This document shows, one piece after another, positions 8,694 to 17,427 of a stretch of DNA of 64,000 nt. The notes under the pieces are model-generated. The model made no database searches. It was not told the DNA's origin and worked only from the letters and a program-made list of their open reading frames with translations. Origin of the DNA: Bacillota bacterium (GTDB lineage Bacteria > Bacillota > Ch66 > Ch109); NCBI GenBank assembly GCA_050952625.1, contig JBMNLH010000001.1, positions 960,001-1,024,000 of the forward strand, in the 5' to 3' direction. Each line of letters opens with the position of its first letter. The stretch's first letter is position 1. A program made the translations under genes and the position numbers.

Positions 8694-8870
8694 ATGAAAC
8701 CGGAGATTAAGCTGGTCGGCGAAAAGAAAATAGAACGGACAACAATCCGCGTATTCCGTCCAGAGCTAAGTTTTGAAGAGCGAGAGTTTCGAATGAAGTT
8801 ACTGCACACTGCCGTTGCGGACTGCTATCGTTCGTCGACGAATCGGGTAGAGGGTAGCGGCACTAGTTGA
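8694..8870 (+). CDS. 58-aa protein, candidate recombination directionality factor
   Basis: MKPEIKLVGEKKIERTTIRVFRPELSFEEREFRMKLLHTAVADC...; GGGTGA RBS; lies inside the element; SpoIIID-like box upstream. Function is inferred. Confidence 0.55.
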   Translation: MKPEIKLVGEKKIERTTIRVFRPELSFEEREFRMKLLHTAVADCYRSSTNRVEGSGTS

Positions 8871-9145
8871 GGAGTACAAGATAGGTTGTACTAAGATAAG
8901 AATTTACGAATTAAATTTTATGCATCACTAATGTAGCCTGATTATCTTCTTCAGTACCGACACTTGGCCGGCTCCGAAACTATCAAAAAACCAATTACTC
9001 CCCCTAGAATCAAACTAATAATTGTGTTCTCAATCACGTTTAAACACCCTCTCTTTTTGATTTCACCTTATAAGCCCATCCGGAATAAACTGTAATTAAA
9101 CGCCAGGGTTTTTTCTCCAATTGATTTCCACATTTATCCTTCGAT

Positions 9146-9183
9146 TTGGACAGGCACTAGTTTACGATAACAACCATATTATG
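9146..9183 (+). promoter_or_regulatory. sigK promoter with SpoIIID-like box and sigma-E/K-type -10
   Basis: TTGGACAGGC (9146-9155) fits WWRRACARNY; CACT-N16-CATATTAT with the -10 at 9175. Confidence 0.6.
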
Positions 9184-9216
9184 TAGAGCAAGCTCCGCTT
9201 CAAAGGGGGATTAAAT

Positions 9217-9647
9217 GTGTACCTGGATCTTACGACACCCTGGTTATCCTTTTGTTTTCCTGGATTGCTCCTTTTAGTTGGATATATCACTAATCAAACT
9301 TTCCCGCATCCACTGTCCGAAGATCAAGAAACATCATGCCTTCGACGTTTTCGCAATGGCGATGAGGAGGCTAGAAATTTACTTATTGAACATAATCTTC
9401 GGCTCGTCGCGCATATTTTAAAAAAATTTGATGGAACTGGCGAAGATACCGATGATCTTATTTCTATTGGAACCATTGGATTGATTAAAGCAATCAACAC
9501 CTTCGATCCAGATAAAGGTGCTAAACTAGCCACTTATGCTGCCCGTTGCATCGAAAACGAGATCCTAATGCATTTACGAGCATCACGGAAAAATAAAGGT
9601 GAGGTATCCCTATACGATCCTATTGGCACGGATAAAGAAGGTAATGA
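9217..9647 (+). CDS. sigK: sigK 5' half (spoIVCB-like; pro-sequence plus regions 1.2-3); ORF runs on to a stop at 9726 in non-sigK sequence
   Basis: Hydrophobic pro-sequence then [57 protein letters not shown] and [16 protein letters not shown]; similarity to sigma-K ends right after this. Confidence 0.95.
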
Positions 9648-9670
9648 GTTAAGCTTGCTAAGTTATCTAT
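9622..9670 (+). other. Right recombination site (attL-like hybrid: sigK B arm plus P' arm); core GA at 9646-9647
   Basis: GATAAAGAAGGTAAT-[GA]-GTTAA-GCTTGCTAA-GTTATCTAT; GTTAA and GTTATCTAT mirror TTAAC and ATAGATAAC of the left site at identical distances from the core. Confidence 0.85.
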
Positions 9671-10119
9671 CAATTTACTGTGGTCAAAAAGTCCCAGGCC
9701 AGCGGGCACAGGAGCGTTTTTCATAGTAAGGCCAGTGCAATTTGTAAGTATTAACTAATTATAGCTTAACTTATTAAATTTAACTGTTTTTAATTTATTG
9801 CTAATATATCCAATAATACCTTTCCCCTGATTTGTCACACGGAATGAAAAAAGTCTCAAGCCTCCAGGTGTTATACGGACGTGCCAAGAAAACAATAGTT
9901 TTTCTCCGTCGATTCCGGTAAACGTATGCTCGTCTTTAAAACGAATTATTGTTTCTGGGCTTTCTGGAGTAAACTTACTTGAAAATTGACTAGGGTCAAA
10001 TTTTCCAGGTTGCCATCTAGTAAATTATTTGTTTAACTCATCTAATTAAAAAGTTTAATGCAACACTAATAATCAGGCTAACGAAAGATTCTTAAACTCA
10101 ACTGGAATCTATGGTTGAC

Positions 10120-10148
10120 TTGAGGCAATGTTTGGATGATGTTATAAT
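10120..10148 (+). promoter_or_regulatory. sigma-A-type promoter of the yqeG-aroE unit
   Basis: TTGAGG-N17-TATAAT with an extended TG. Confidence 0.5.
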
Positions 10149-10162
10149 GATAAACGAATTGC

Positions 10163-10693
10163 ATGGAGGGTATCGTTTTGAAGAAGAAAATCATCCAGTT
10201 GCTGAGACCGAAGCTTTTTGTCAGATCAATAACGGATGTTACTCCGGACATCCTTGATTCTTTTCAGGTTAAAGGGATTATCATAGACCTGGATAATACC
10301 CTTACTCCATGGCAAAGCGAGTTTTTAGCCCCAGATAATATTCGTTGGCTCAATACTATTAAGAGCCACGGTTTTCAAGTCTGTCTAGTTAGTAATAATA
10401 AGGGCGAAAGAATAAAGAAGATTGCCAGCATCTTGGATATTCCTTTTGTGGCCAAGGCCTCTAAACCCCGGCGACGGGCTTTCTTAAAGGGAATGAAAGC
10501 CATTGGGACTAAGCCTCAAGAAACAGCAGTAATTGGCGATCAGGTTTTTACTGATGTTTTAGGCGGAAACAGACTTGGGCTATGCACGATACTCGTCGAC
10601 CCTTTAAGTTCATATGAATTTGTTGGGACCCGTTTAATGCGGATTCCCGAGCGAGCGGTGCTAAACCTAATTCGGAGGCCGAATAAGTTATGA
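10163..10693 (+). CDS. yqeG: YqeG family HAD IIIA phosphatase
   Basis: DLDNTL, VSNN, KP and IGDQVFTDVLGGNRLG motifs. Confidence 0.92.
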   Translation: MEGIVLKKKIIQLLRPKLFVRSITDVTPDILDSFQVKGIIIDLDNTLTPWQSEFLAPDNIRWLNTIKSHGFQVCLVSNNKGERIKKIASILDIPFVAKASKPRRRAFLKGMKAIGTKPQETAVIGDQVFTDVLGGNRLGLCTILVDPLSSYEFVGTRLMRIPERAVLNLIRRPNKL

Positions 10694-11562
10694 GCAAAAG
10701 GAAAGAAATAACTGGTGTGACTGAAATATTTGGGGTGATGGGCTATCCGGTAGCCCATTCGCTATCTCCGGCCATACAAAATAAGGCATTTGATTATTAT
10801 GAATTAGATAAGATTTATTTGGCTTTTGCTGTACCCCCCAACTGCCTGACTCAAGCCTTGAATGGTTTAAGGGCTTTAGGCGTAATCGGGGTTAATGTCA
10901 CCTTGCCCTATAAAGAGGCTGTAGCCAGACAGGTCGATCTCCTTTCTCCAGAGGCCCAATTGATTGGGGCGGTAAATGTCTTGCGTTTTGACCAGGATCG
11001 TTTGGTTGGTCATAATACCGACGGTACCGGATTTCTGCAGTCACTTGAACAAGATGCTGGCTTTACGCCTGCCGGAAAAAAGGTTCTGGTTCTAGGGGCT
11101 GGCGGAGCAGCGAGAGCAGTTACTTTGACCCTGGCTCGATTTGGGGCGGCGCATATAAGCATAGCCAATCGAACTCGAAAACGGGCTACGGAACTGGCGA
11201 CAGAAGTTGAGGCAAGAACTGGCCTAAAAGCAGTGGGGCTAAGCTTAGAACCAAGTGAACTGAAACCCTGGGTTCCCGAGGCGGATTTGGTGATTCAAGC
11301 TACCTCGGTTGGTTTATACCCAAAGGGTGAATCGCCAAGTTGGTTTAATCCGGATTGGCTATCGCCAACTGCGTTAGTCTGCGATCTCATTTATCGGCCT
11401 CGACCCTCTGAGTTTTTAAAGAGGGCTGCTTTAAGAGGATGTCGTACCTTAGACGGGTTAGGCATGCTCTTATATCAAGGGGCGCAATCTTTCACCTGGT
11501 GGACGGGTTTGGAAGCACCGGTCGACGTAATGCGGCAGTCATTGTTAAAACAGCTTGGCTGA
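10690..11562 (+). CDS. aroE: Shikimate dehydrogenase
   Basis: HSLSP, NVTLPYK, GAVN, NTDG, GAGGAARA and DGLGMLLYQG motifs. Confidence 0.95.
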   Translation: MSKRKEITGVTEIFGVMGYPVAHSLSPAIQNKAFDYYELDKIYLAFAVPPNCLTQALNGLRALGVIGVNVTLPYKEAVARQVDLLSPEAQLIGAVNVLRFDQDRLVGHNTDGTGFLQSLEQDAGFTPAGKKVLVLGAGGAARAVTLTLARFGAAHISIANRTRKRATELATEVEARTGLKAVGLSLEPSELKPWVPEADLVIQATSVGLYPKGESPSWFNPDWLSPTALVCDLIYRPRPSEFLKRAALRGCRTLDGLGMLLYQGAQSFTWWTGLEAPVDVMRQSLLKQLG

Positions 11563-11667
11563 AGGAAAGTAGAATCAAATAGGAATATTACCATGTTTTC
11601 CTGCGTCCAAAAATAGGCACTCCAGAAAAGTGGTTTCTGTGTTTTTGGATTGCAGTAAGAATAAGCA

Positions 11668-11737
11668 AATAACACATTCGTTATCGTTTGTGTTGTTTTC
11701 ATAAAGTGGTTGTGCTCAGATAGGTATGAGTGGTTTA
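11668..11737 (-). repeat. Dispersed repeat family A, degenerate copy
   Basis: Minus strand reads TAAACCACTCATACCTATCTGAGCACAACCACTTTATGAAAACAACACAAAC. Confidence 0.6.
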
Positions 11738-11863
11738 TCTGAATCCGGAAAGCTTAATACAGATAGTGTTAAATTAGGCAGCAAATGCATGAAAATAAAC
11801 TAATTGGCTATTGTTAACAGGCGATTGGTCAATTTATCTTGGGAAAGAAGAGGTGGGGCCTAG

Positions 11864-12337
11864 ATTGCTAATCAAGGTTCAATTAAACATGTAGCTGGGT
11901 TTACCCTGGTTGAGCTATTAGCAGTATTGGTGGTTCTTGGAATGGTTTCTCTAATGGCTTGGCCGGTGTTTAATCGGACATTGGCTAACCACCAACTCAG
12001 GCAAACTGCTGAGCAAATGGCTTGGGAATTACGAGCGCAGCAGCAAGAAGCCATTGCTTTTGGTTCCTCACGCCAAATTGAGTTTTCCCTTTACGGTAAT
12101 TACTATAATGTGTTAAAACCAGAACTTCGGCGAGTTTACCTGCCCGAAAAAATCCGTTTTCATTATATAACCATCCCTAAAACGGGAGGGAACCGCTATT
12201 TGTTAGATTTTGACATTCTCGGTCGACCTAATCTTGGGGGGACGATTGCTTTGAAAAACGAATTTGGTTCGGAGCAATATGTAATCATCACACCGGTAAT
12301 CGGTCGAATCAGAATCTCCGATAAACCGCCGGAGTGA
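11864..12337 (+). CDS. Prepilin-like protein (GspH/FimT/ComGD-like), probable ATT start
   Basis: Frame upstream of the tracked ORF reads IANQGSIKHVAG|FTLVELLAVL (class III signal); GAGGTG RBS 8 nt before the ATT; in-frame stop at 11861. Confidence 0.75.
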   Translation: MANQGSIKHVAGFTLVELLAVLVVLGMVSLMAWPVFNRTLANHQLRQTAEQMAWELRAQQQEAIAFGSSRQIEFSLYGNYYNVLKPELRRVYLPEKIRFHYITIPKTGGNRYLLDFDILGRPNLGGTIALKNEFGSEQYVIITPVIGRIRISDKPPE

Positions 12338-12541
12338 GGTCCACTCTAATAGTAACTATCCTCGTGTTTGAACTCGTCAGCAGGCAGATTGGGAACGAAA
12401 ATAAATGATGCAAATCGTCAATCACGGACCTTCGTTATTACACGGCGCAGTCAGGGGTTTTCCTGTTCGGATGGTGTTGCCAAGTAATATGGGGGTCTAC
12501 TTAAATAATTTGACATAAAACTTTTATGGTGGTGTGACGTA

Positions 12542-13774
12542 ATGAGTACTTTACGATATCTAACAGCCGGAGAATCCCATGGACCGGCCTTGACTGCTAT
12601 CCTGGAAGGCGTACCCGCGGGTCTATTTTTGTTAACCGAGGCAATTAACCGTGATTTGATCCGACGTCAGGGAGGTTATGGCCGAGGAGGACGAATGAAG
12701 ATCGAGCGTGATCGAGTTACCCTGCTTTCAGGGGTCCGGGGAGGAGTGACCCTGGGGAGCCCGATTAGCCTGCTTATTCAAAACCGTGATTGGGAAAACT
12801 GGTCAACCATAATGGGGCCAGGACCAGAAGCAAATACTAATGAACGGAAAGTAACCCGACCACGGCCTGGTCATGCAGATTTGGGAGGGGCGTTAAAATA
12901 TCGCCATCAAGATCTGCGAAATGTTCTGGAACGAGCCAGTGCGCGAGAAACCGCGGCCCGGGTGGCCGTAGGATCAATCGCCCGAACCATCCTGGAGCAG
13001 CTAGGAGTTACAGTTATGGCGTGGGTTGAACAAATCGGTCCGGTCCGGTCAACTGAAGCCTCCCGGGAGGTTTTTGAGCAATGGCTTACCGAAGGGTCCA
13101 ACTTCTCTGGTCCAACGGACCAATCATTTCTCCAAAGTTGGCGGCAGAGAATCGAGAAATCACCAGTTTACTGCCCGGATGTGGAAGCTTCCCGGAAAAT
13201 GGTCGAAGCGATTGATTCTGCCCGAGAAGAGGGAGACACACTCGGGGGAATTTTTGTGATCACTGCCTGGGGTTTACCTTCTGGGCTGGGCAGTTATGTC
13301 CATTGGGATCGTCGGTTAGATGGCCGTTTAGCCGGTGCCGTGATGAGTATTCCCGGCATTAAGGGAGTGGAGATCGGGCAAGGGTTTGAAGTGGCTCAAG
13401 AACGAGGCTCAAAAGCTCACGATGAGATATTTTATTCTTCCCAAGCCGGCATTTACCGGGAGACTAATCGAGCTGGCGGGTTGGAGGGAGGCGTCACTAA
13501 CGGACAGCCGCTGGTAGTCAGAGCAGCGATGAAACCAATTCCGACCCTGATTAATCCATTGCGCAGCGTGGACCTCGAAACGCGAGAGGCGGTCTTCGCA
13601 GCAGTGGAACGGTCGGATGTTTGTGCTGTGCCGGCCGTGAGCGTTGTTGGTGAGGCTGCAGTCGCTTTTGTTTTAGCCCAAGCGGTGTTGGAAAGATTTT
13701 CAGGAGATACGATGGAGGAGCTCCAAAAGGACTGGGCAGATTACTTTGATTACCTCCGGAAAGTGAGGCAATAG
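12542..13774 (+). CDS. aroC: Chorismate synthase
   Basis: [21 protein letters not shown] and RSDVCAVP motifs. Confidence 0.97.
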   Translation: MSTLRYLTAGESHGPALTAILEGVPAGLFLLTEAINRDLIRRQGGYGRGGRMKIERDRVTLLSGVRGGVTLGSPISLLIQNRDWENWSTIMGPGPEANTNERKVTRPRPGHADLGGALKYRHQDLRNVLERASARETAARVAVGSIARTILEQLGVTVMAWVEQIGPVRSTEASREVFEQWLTEGSNFSGPTDQSFLQSWRQRIEKSPVYCPDVEASRKMVEAIDSAREEGDTLGGIFVITAWGLPSGLGSYVHWDRRLDGRLAGAVMSIPGIKGVEIGQGFEVAQERGSKAHDEIFYSSQAGIYRETNRAGGLEGGVTNGQPLVVRAAMKPIPTLINPLRSVDLETREAVFAAVERSDVCAVPAVSVVGEAAVAFVLAQAVLERFSGDTMEELQKDWADYFDYLRKVRQ

Positions 13775-13777
13775 TTA

Positions 13778-14368
13778 TTGAAGACCAATATAACCTTGAT
13801 CGGCTTTATGGGAACCGGCAAAACAGCGGTGGGGCGAAGTCTGGCCTCTCTAGTAGAAAAAGACTTTGTGGATACTGATGCCGAAATAGAGAAAGTGGTT
13901 GGCCTAAAAGTTGAAGAGATTTTTTCCCGCTTCGGCGAGGTGCGTTTTCGTTCCGAAGAGTCACTGATAATCAAGAAGGTAGCTGCACGGCAAAACTGTG
14001 TCATCTCGACTGGCGGGGGAGCAGTTTTAAACAAAGTCAATTGGGAGGCCTTGAGGGCCTCTTCTTATATCGTGTGTCTGGTTGCTTCCCCGGAAGTAAT
14101 TCAATCTAGAGTAGCCCGTCGAGTTCGTCCCTTGCTCCGCAAGGATCGTTCACTAGACCGAATACAAGAACTGTTAAAAGAAAGGGAACCCTTTTACCAG
14201 GGAGCAGATTTGTACATCGATACCTCTGAGGTCAGTTGCCAGGAAGTGGCGCAACAAATCTATGACTGGTGGAACAAACAGGAAAAAATGCAAGGGAGCT
14301 CGGTAAAGACATCCAGTAAGAACATAGATGATAAGATTATTATGGAAAAGGCGCGAAACGAACTCTAG
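13778..14368 (+). CDS. aroK: Shikimate kinase
   Basis: GFMGTGKT P-loop, DTD, STGGG and RPLL. Confidence 0.95.
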   Translation: MKTNITLIGFMGTGKTAVGRSLASLVEKDFVDTDAEIEKVVGLKVEEIFSRFGEVRFRSEESLIIKKVAARQNCVISTGGGAVLNKVNWEALRASSYIVCLVASPEVIQSRVARRVRPLLRKDRSLDRIQELLKEREPFYQGADLYIDTSEVSCQEVAQQIYDWWNKQEKMQGSSVKTSSKNIDDKIIMEKARNEL

Positions 14369-14394
14369 AAGATTGTAGTAAGGACGGGATTTAG

Positions 14395-15498
14395 TTGAAC
14401 ACTGTTAAGCACTCTTTAATGGTTAACTTGGGTGCAAACTCTTACCCTATTTATATCCAGGCCGGAGTATTGGAACACCTAGGCTTATTGGTGCAACAGG
14501 CGGGACTGGGGCCCAATGTTTTATTGGTCACTAATCCGACCGTGGGGGGTTATTATTTAGTCCCAGCGCAGAGAAGTTTGGAAGCGGCTGGACTTAGGGT
14601 CAGCGTGGCGACGGTGCCGGATGGGGAGGAGTATAAAAGCTTGGAATGGGCTAGTCGCCTGTATGATGCAGCTTTGGAGGCGAGGCTTGACCGACGGTCG
14701 CCAGTGGTTGCCTTGGGCGGCGGGGTAATCGGCGATTTGGCCGGCTTTGTTGCGGCTACCTATCTTAGAGGCGTTCCCTTGATTCAGATCCCGACCACTC
14801 TTTTGGCCCAAGTGGACAGCAGTGTCGGAGGAAAGGTGGCGGTGAACCACCCCCGAGGCAAAAACCTGATCGGTGCTTTTCACCAGCCGGCTCTGGTTTT
14901 AATTGATCCGGTTCTGCTCAGGACATTATCCCAAAGAGAATATATTGCTGGCATGGCGGAAGTGATCAAGTACGGCGTAATCTGGGATGGGGATTTCTTT
15001 GCTTATCTAGAAGAGGAAATAGCTAGGGCACTTCAATTGGATACCGAAGTCACCACGAGGGTGATCACGCGCTGTTGTTCGATCAAGGCTAAGATTGTCG
15101 AGCAGGATGAGCGGGAATATGGGGTCCGGACCCTGTTAAATCTGGGTCACACCGTGGGGCATGCCATAGAGGCAATAACCGGCTATCAAGCGTACCGACA
15201 TGGGGAAGCAGTCGCCATCGGCATGGTGGCAGCCGGTTTGCTGGCGGTTGAGCTTGGCTGGTGGGAAAAGTCAGACTGTGAGCGGTTAAATCAACTATTG
15301 ACCCGAACCGGCCTACCAATGACAATTCCAGGGGTTGACCCCAATCGACTTTTGGAACTGATGCAGCACGATAAGAAAGTGCTGGATGGAACCCTGAGAT
15401 GGGTGTTGCCCCGGAAGTTGGGCGAGGCAGGGGTGGTTAGTCAACTATCCGATGATCTGGTGTTAAGGTCTTTAAGGAGGATAATTTTAGATCGCTAG
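14395..15498 (+). CDS. aroB: 3-dehydroquinate synthase
   Basis: GGGVIGDLAGF, PTTLLAQVDSSVGGK, LNLGHT and HGEAV. Confidence 0.97.
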   Translation: MNTVKHSLMVNLGANSYPIYIQAGVLEHLGLLVQQAGLGPNVLLVTNPTVGGYYLVPAQRSLEAAGLRVSVATVPDGEEYKSLEWASRLYDAALEARLDRRSPVVALGGGVIGDLAGFVAATYLRGVPLIQIPTTLLAQVDSSVGGKVAVNHPRGKNLIGAFHQPALVLIDPVLLRTLSQREYIAGMAEVIKYGVIWDGDFFAYLEEEIARALQLDTEVTTRVITRCCSIKAKIVEQDEREYGVRTLLNLGHTVGHAIEAITGYQAYRHGEAVAIGMVAAGLLAVELGWWEKSDCERLNQLLTRTGLPMTIPGVDPNRLLELMQHDKKVLDGTLRWVLPRKLGEAGVVSQLSDDLVLRSLRRIILDR

Positions 15499-15681
15499 AT
15501 TGAAGTGCTTGAGAATTATAATAACTAGAGAAGATATTGGTAATAAATAAGGCGTCAGAGAAGGAATTGATTGGGGAATATAGAATATATAATACATTTA
15601 AGTCGAATATAGGTTATTACTATTTTGAGGTTTTGATAATAAACGAGATTAATCAATTCTTGTGTTGGTTTGGAGTGAGAA

Positions 15682-17373
15682 ATGTATCCTCAAAGGCACT
15701 TGCTTGGTGAAGTGATTAGAGATTTGGGCTTTATTAATCAGTTTCAGCTTGAAGAGGCCCTTCAGGAACAAAAGAATAGCGGCAAGCGATTAGGAGAAGT
15801 TCTGTTAGAAAAAGGTTATCTCACCGAAGAGGCTTTACTCAGCTGTTTGGAGCAGCATTTAGGAATCTCCAGAATAGGTTTAAGCCAGATAAATTTGAAT
15901 GGCGATCAACTTGAATTAATTCCACTTTCTATAATCCAAAGGCATCAAGTTGTGCCAGTTAAAATAAAAGACAATCAGCTTATCTTGGCGATGGTTGATC
16001 CACTAAATGTTTTAGCGATTGAGGATGTTCGGATGGCTTCTGGTTATGAAGTTATCCCAGTTTTAATCAGCCCACGGGAGATTAAATTAATAATTAATCG
16101 TTTAGTCAGTTTAAGAGCGCGGGTTGATCTGGAAAAAGCCGCCCAAAGCCTTAAAGAGGACACGGAATCTTACTTAGCGGCCAACCAGTCCGAACTACGA
16201 ACTCAGGAACCGGCAATTGAACCACTAGTAGTTAAAATAGTTAATGGAGTTATTAACCAAGGAGTGGTAAGCCGAGCGAGTGATATTCATATTGAACCAC
16301 AGGAGAAGGAACTGCGAATCCGCTACCGCATTGACGGTGTTTTGCATGAAGCTATGTCCTTGCCCCTGAAGAGCCACGGATCAATCGTATCTCGAGTAAA
16401 GATAATGGCTAATCTGGATATTGCGGAAAGACGCTTGCCGCAAGATGGAAGGATTCATCTATCTGGTGAAACCAACCCCTTGGATTTGCGAATTTCTACG
16501 CTGCCAACAGTTTTTGGCGAGAAGGTGATGCTTAGGATTCTGGATCGCCGGGAAACAGTTCCCACAATTGATAAGCTGGATCTACGCGGTTCAAATCTAA
16601 TTAATTTTAAAGATATCATTTCTCGATCCGCTGGTTTGATTTTAGTTTGCGGTCCGACTGGAAGCGGTAAGACAACAACACTGTATTCCCTTCTTACCTT
16701 TCTCAACAGCGTGACGCGGAATATGATCACTCTGGAAGACCCGGTTGAGTGTATTATCCCCGGGATTAATCAAGTTCAGATTAATTCGCGAAGCTGTTTT
16801 GGTTTTGCCTCTGGGTTGCGTTCCGTTTTACGTCAAGATCCGGACGTAATTATGGTCGGTGAAATCAGGGATCGAGAAACGGCTGAGCTAGCAGTTCGGG
16901 CAGCAATTACCGGACATTTGGTGCTAAGTACTATTCATACCCGTCGGGCAGCCGGGGCGGTGACTCGTTTAATCGATATGGGTATTGAACCATATCTATT
17001 AATGTCTTCTTTAGTAGGAGTTATCGCCCAGAGATTGGTTAGAAGGGTTTGTCTTGAGTGTGGGACCCCAATTCCAGTTACTGTCGAGTCAGCCCGCCAG
17101 TTGGGCATCAACCCTGAAAATGCCCAATTAAGGCAAGGTCAGGGGTGCTCTTGGTGTGGTGATACCGGCTACTGGGGTCGGATGGCGATCCATGAGGTTA
17201 TGGTGATAACCCCTGAAATTCAAGAATTGATCAGGCAGCAAGTGCCCGAAGGGATATTGGAAAAGACTGCGGTTGCTCAAGGAATGATAACCCTCAGGCA
17301 GGATGGTCTGGACAAGGCTTTACTGGGCGAAACCGCTATTGAAGAGGTTTTGAATGCTGTTGATCAGTATTAG
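15682..17373 (+). CDS. pilB: Type IV pilus/T2SS assembly ATPase with N-terminal MshEN-like domain
   Basis: RLGEVLLEKG MshEN-like motif, ASDIHIEP, GPTGSGKTT, LRQDPDVIMVGEIRD and zinc Cys pairs. Confidence 0.92.
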   Translation: MYPQRHLLGEVIRDLGFINQFQLEEALQEQKNSGKRLGEVLLEKGYLTEEALLSCLEQHLGISRIGLSQINLNGDQLELIPLSIIQRHQVVPVKIKDNQLILAMVDPLNVLAIEDVRMASGYEVIPVLISPREIKLIINRLVSLRARVDLEKAAQSLKEDTESYLAANQSELRTQEPAIEPLVVKIVNGVINQGVVSRASDIHIEPQEKELRIRYRIDGVLHEAMSLPLKSHGSIVSRVKIMANLDIAERRLPQDGRIHLSGETNPLDLRISTLPTVFGEKVMLRILDRRETVPTIDKLDLRGSNLINFKDIISRSAGLILVCGPTGSGKTTTLYSLLTFLNSVTRNMITLEDPVECIIPGINQVQINSRSCFGFASGLRSVLRQDPDVIMVGEIRDRETAELAVRAAITGHLVLSTIHTRRAAGAVTRLIDMGIEPYLLMSSLVGVIAQRLVRRVCLECGTPIPVTVESARQLGINPENAQLRQGQGCSWCGDTGYWGRMAIHEVMVITPEIQELIRQQVPEGILEKTAVAQGMITLRQDGLDKALLGETAIEEVLNAVDQY

Positions 17374-17427
17374 GATGGTGCGGTCATTAACACGCAATCC
17401 TTATGGTGAGAGGGAGTACTCGTATCC

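Larger units (their letters stand above)
5203..9645. mobile_element. Predicted invertible sigK-intervening element (~4.44 kb, prophage/skin-derived)
   Basis: Bounded by inverted att-like sites that split sigK. It carries a large serine recombinase, a TA pair, an XRE relic, and the sigK promoter with the 5' half. Confidence 0.85.

Noticed and set aside
9643-9644. AA of the Asn codon as the crossover dinucleotide
   Set aside because: It is also shared and in frame, but it gives an asymmetric attP (11 versus 17 bp to the outer repeats). GA gives 14/14 plus an inner inverted repeat.
5203-9645. Classical excisable skin prophage
   Set aside because: The sigK halves and GA cores are in inverted orientation and the 5' half lies inside the segment, so excision cannot rebuild the gene. 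No phage structural genes are present.
9217-9726. Complete short or ECF-like sigma factor, or a dead sigK pseudogene
   Set aside because: The missing C-terminal half is intact and stop-free at 5202-4909 on the minus strand.
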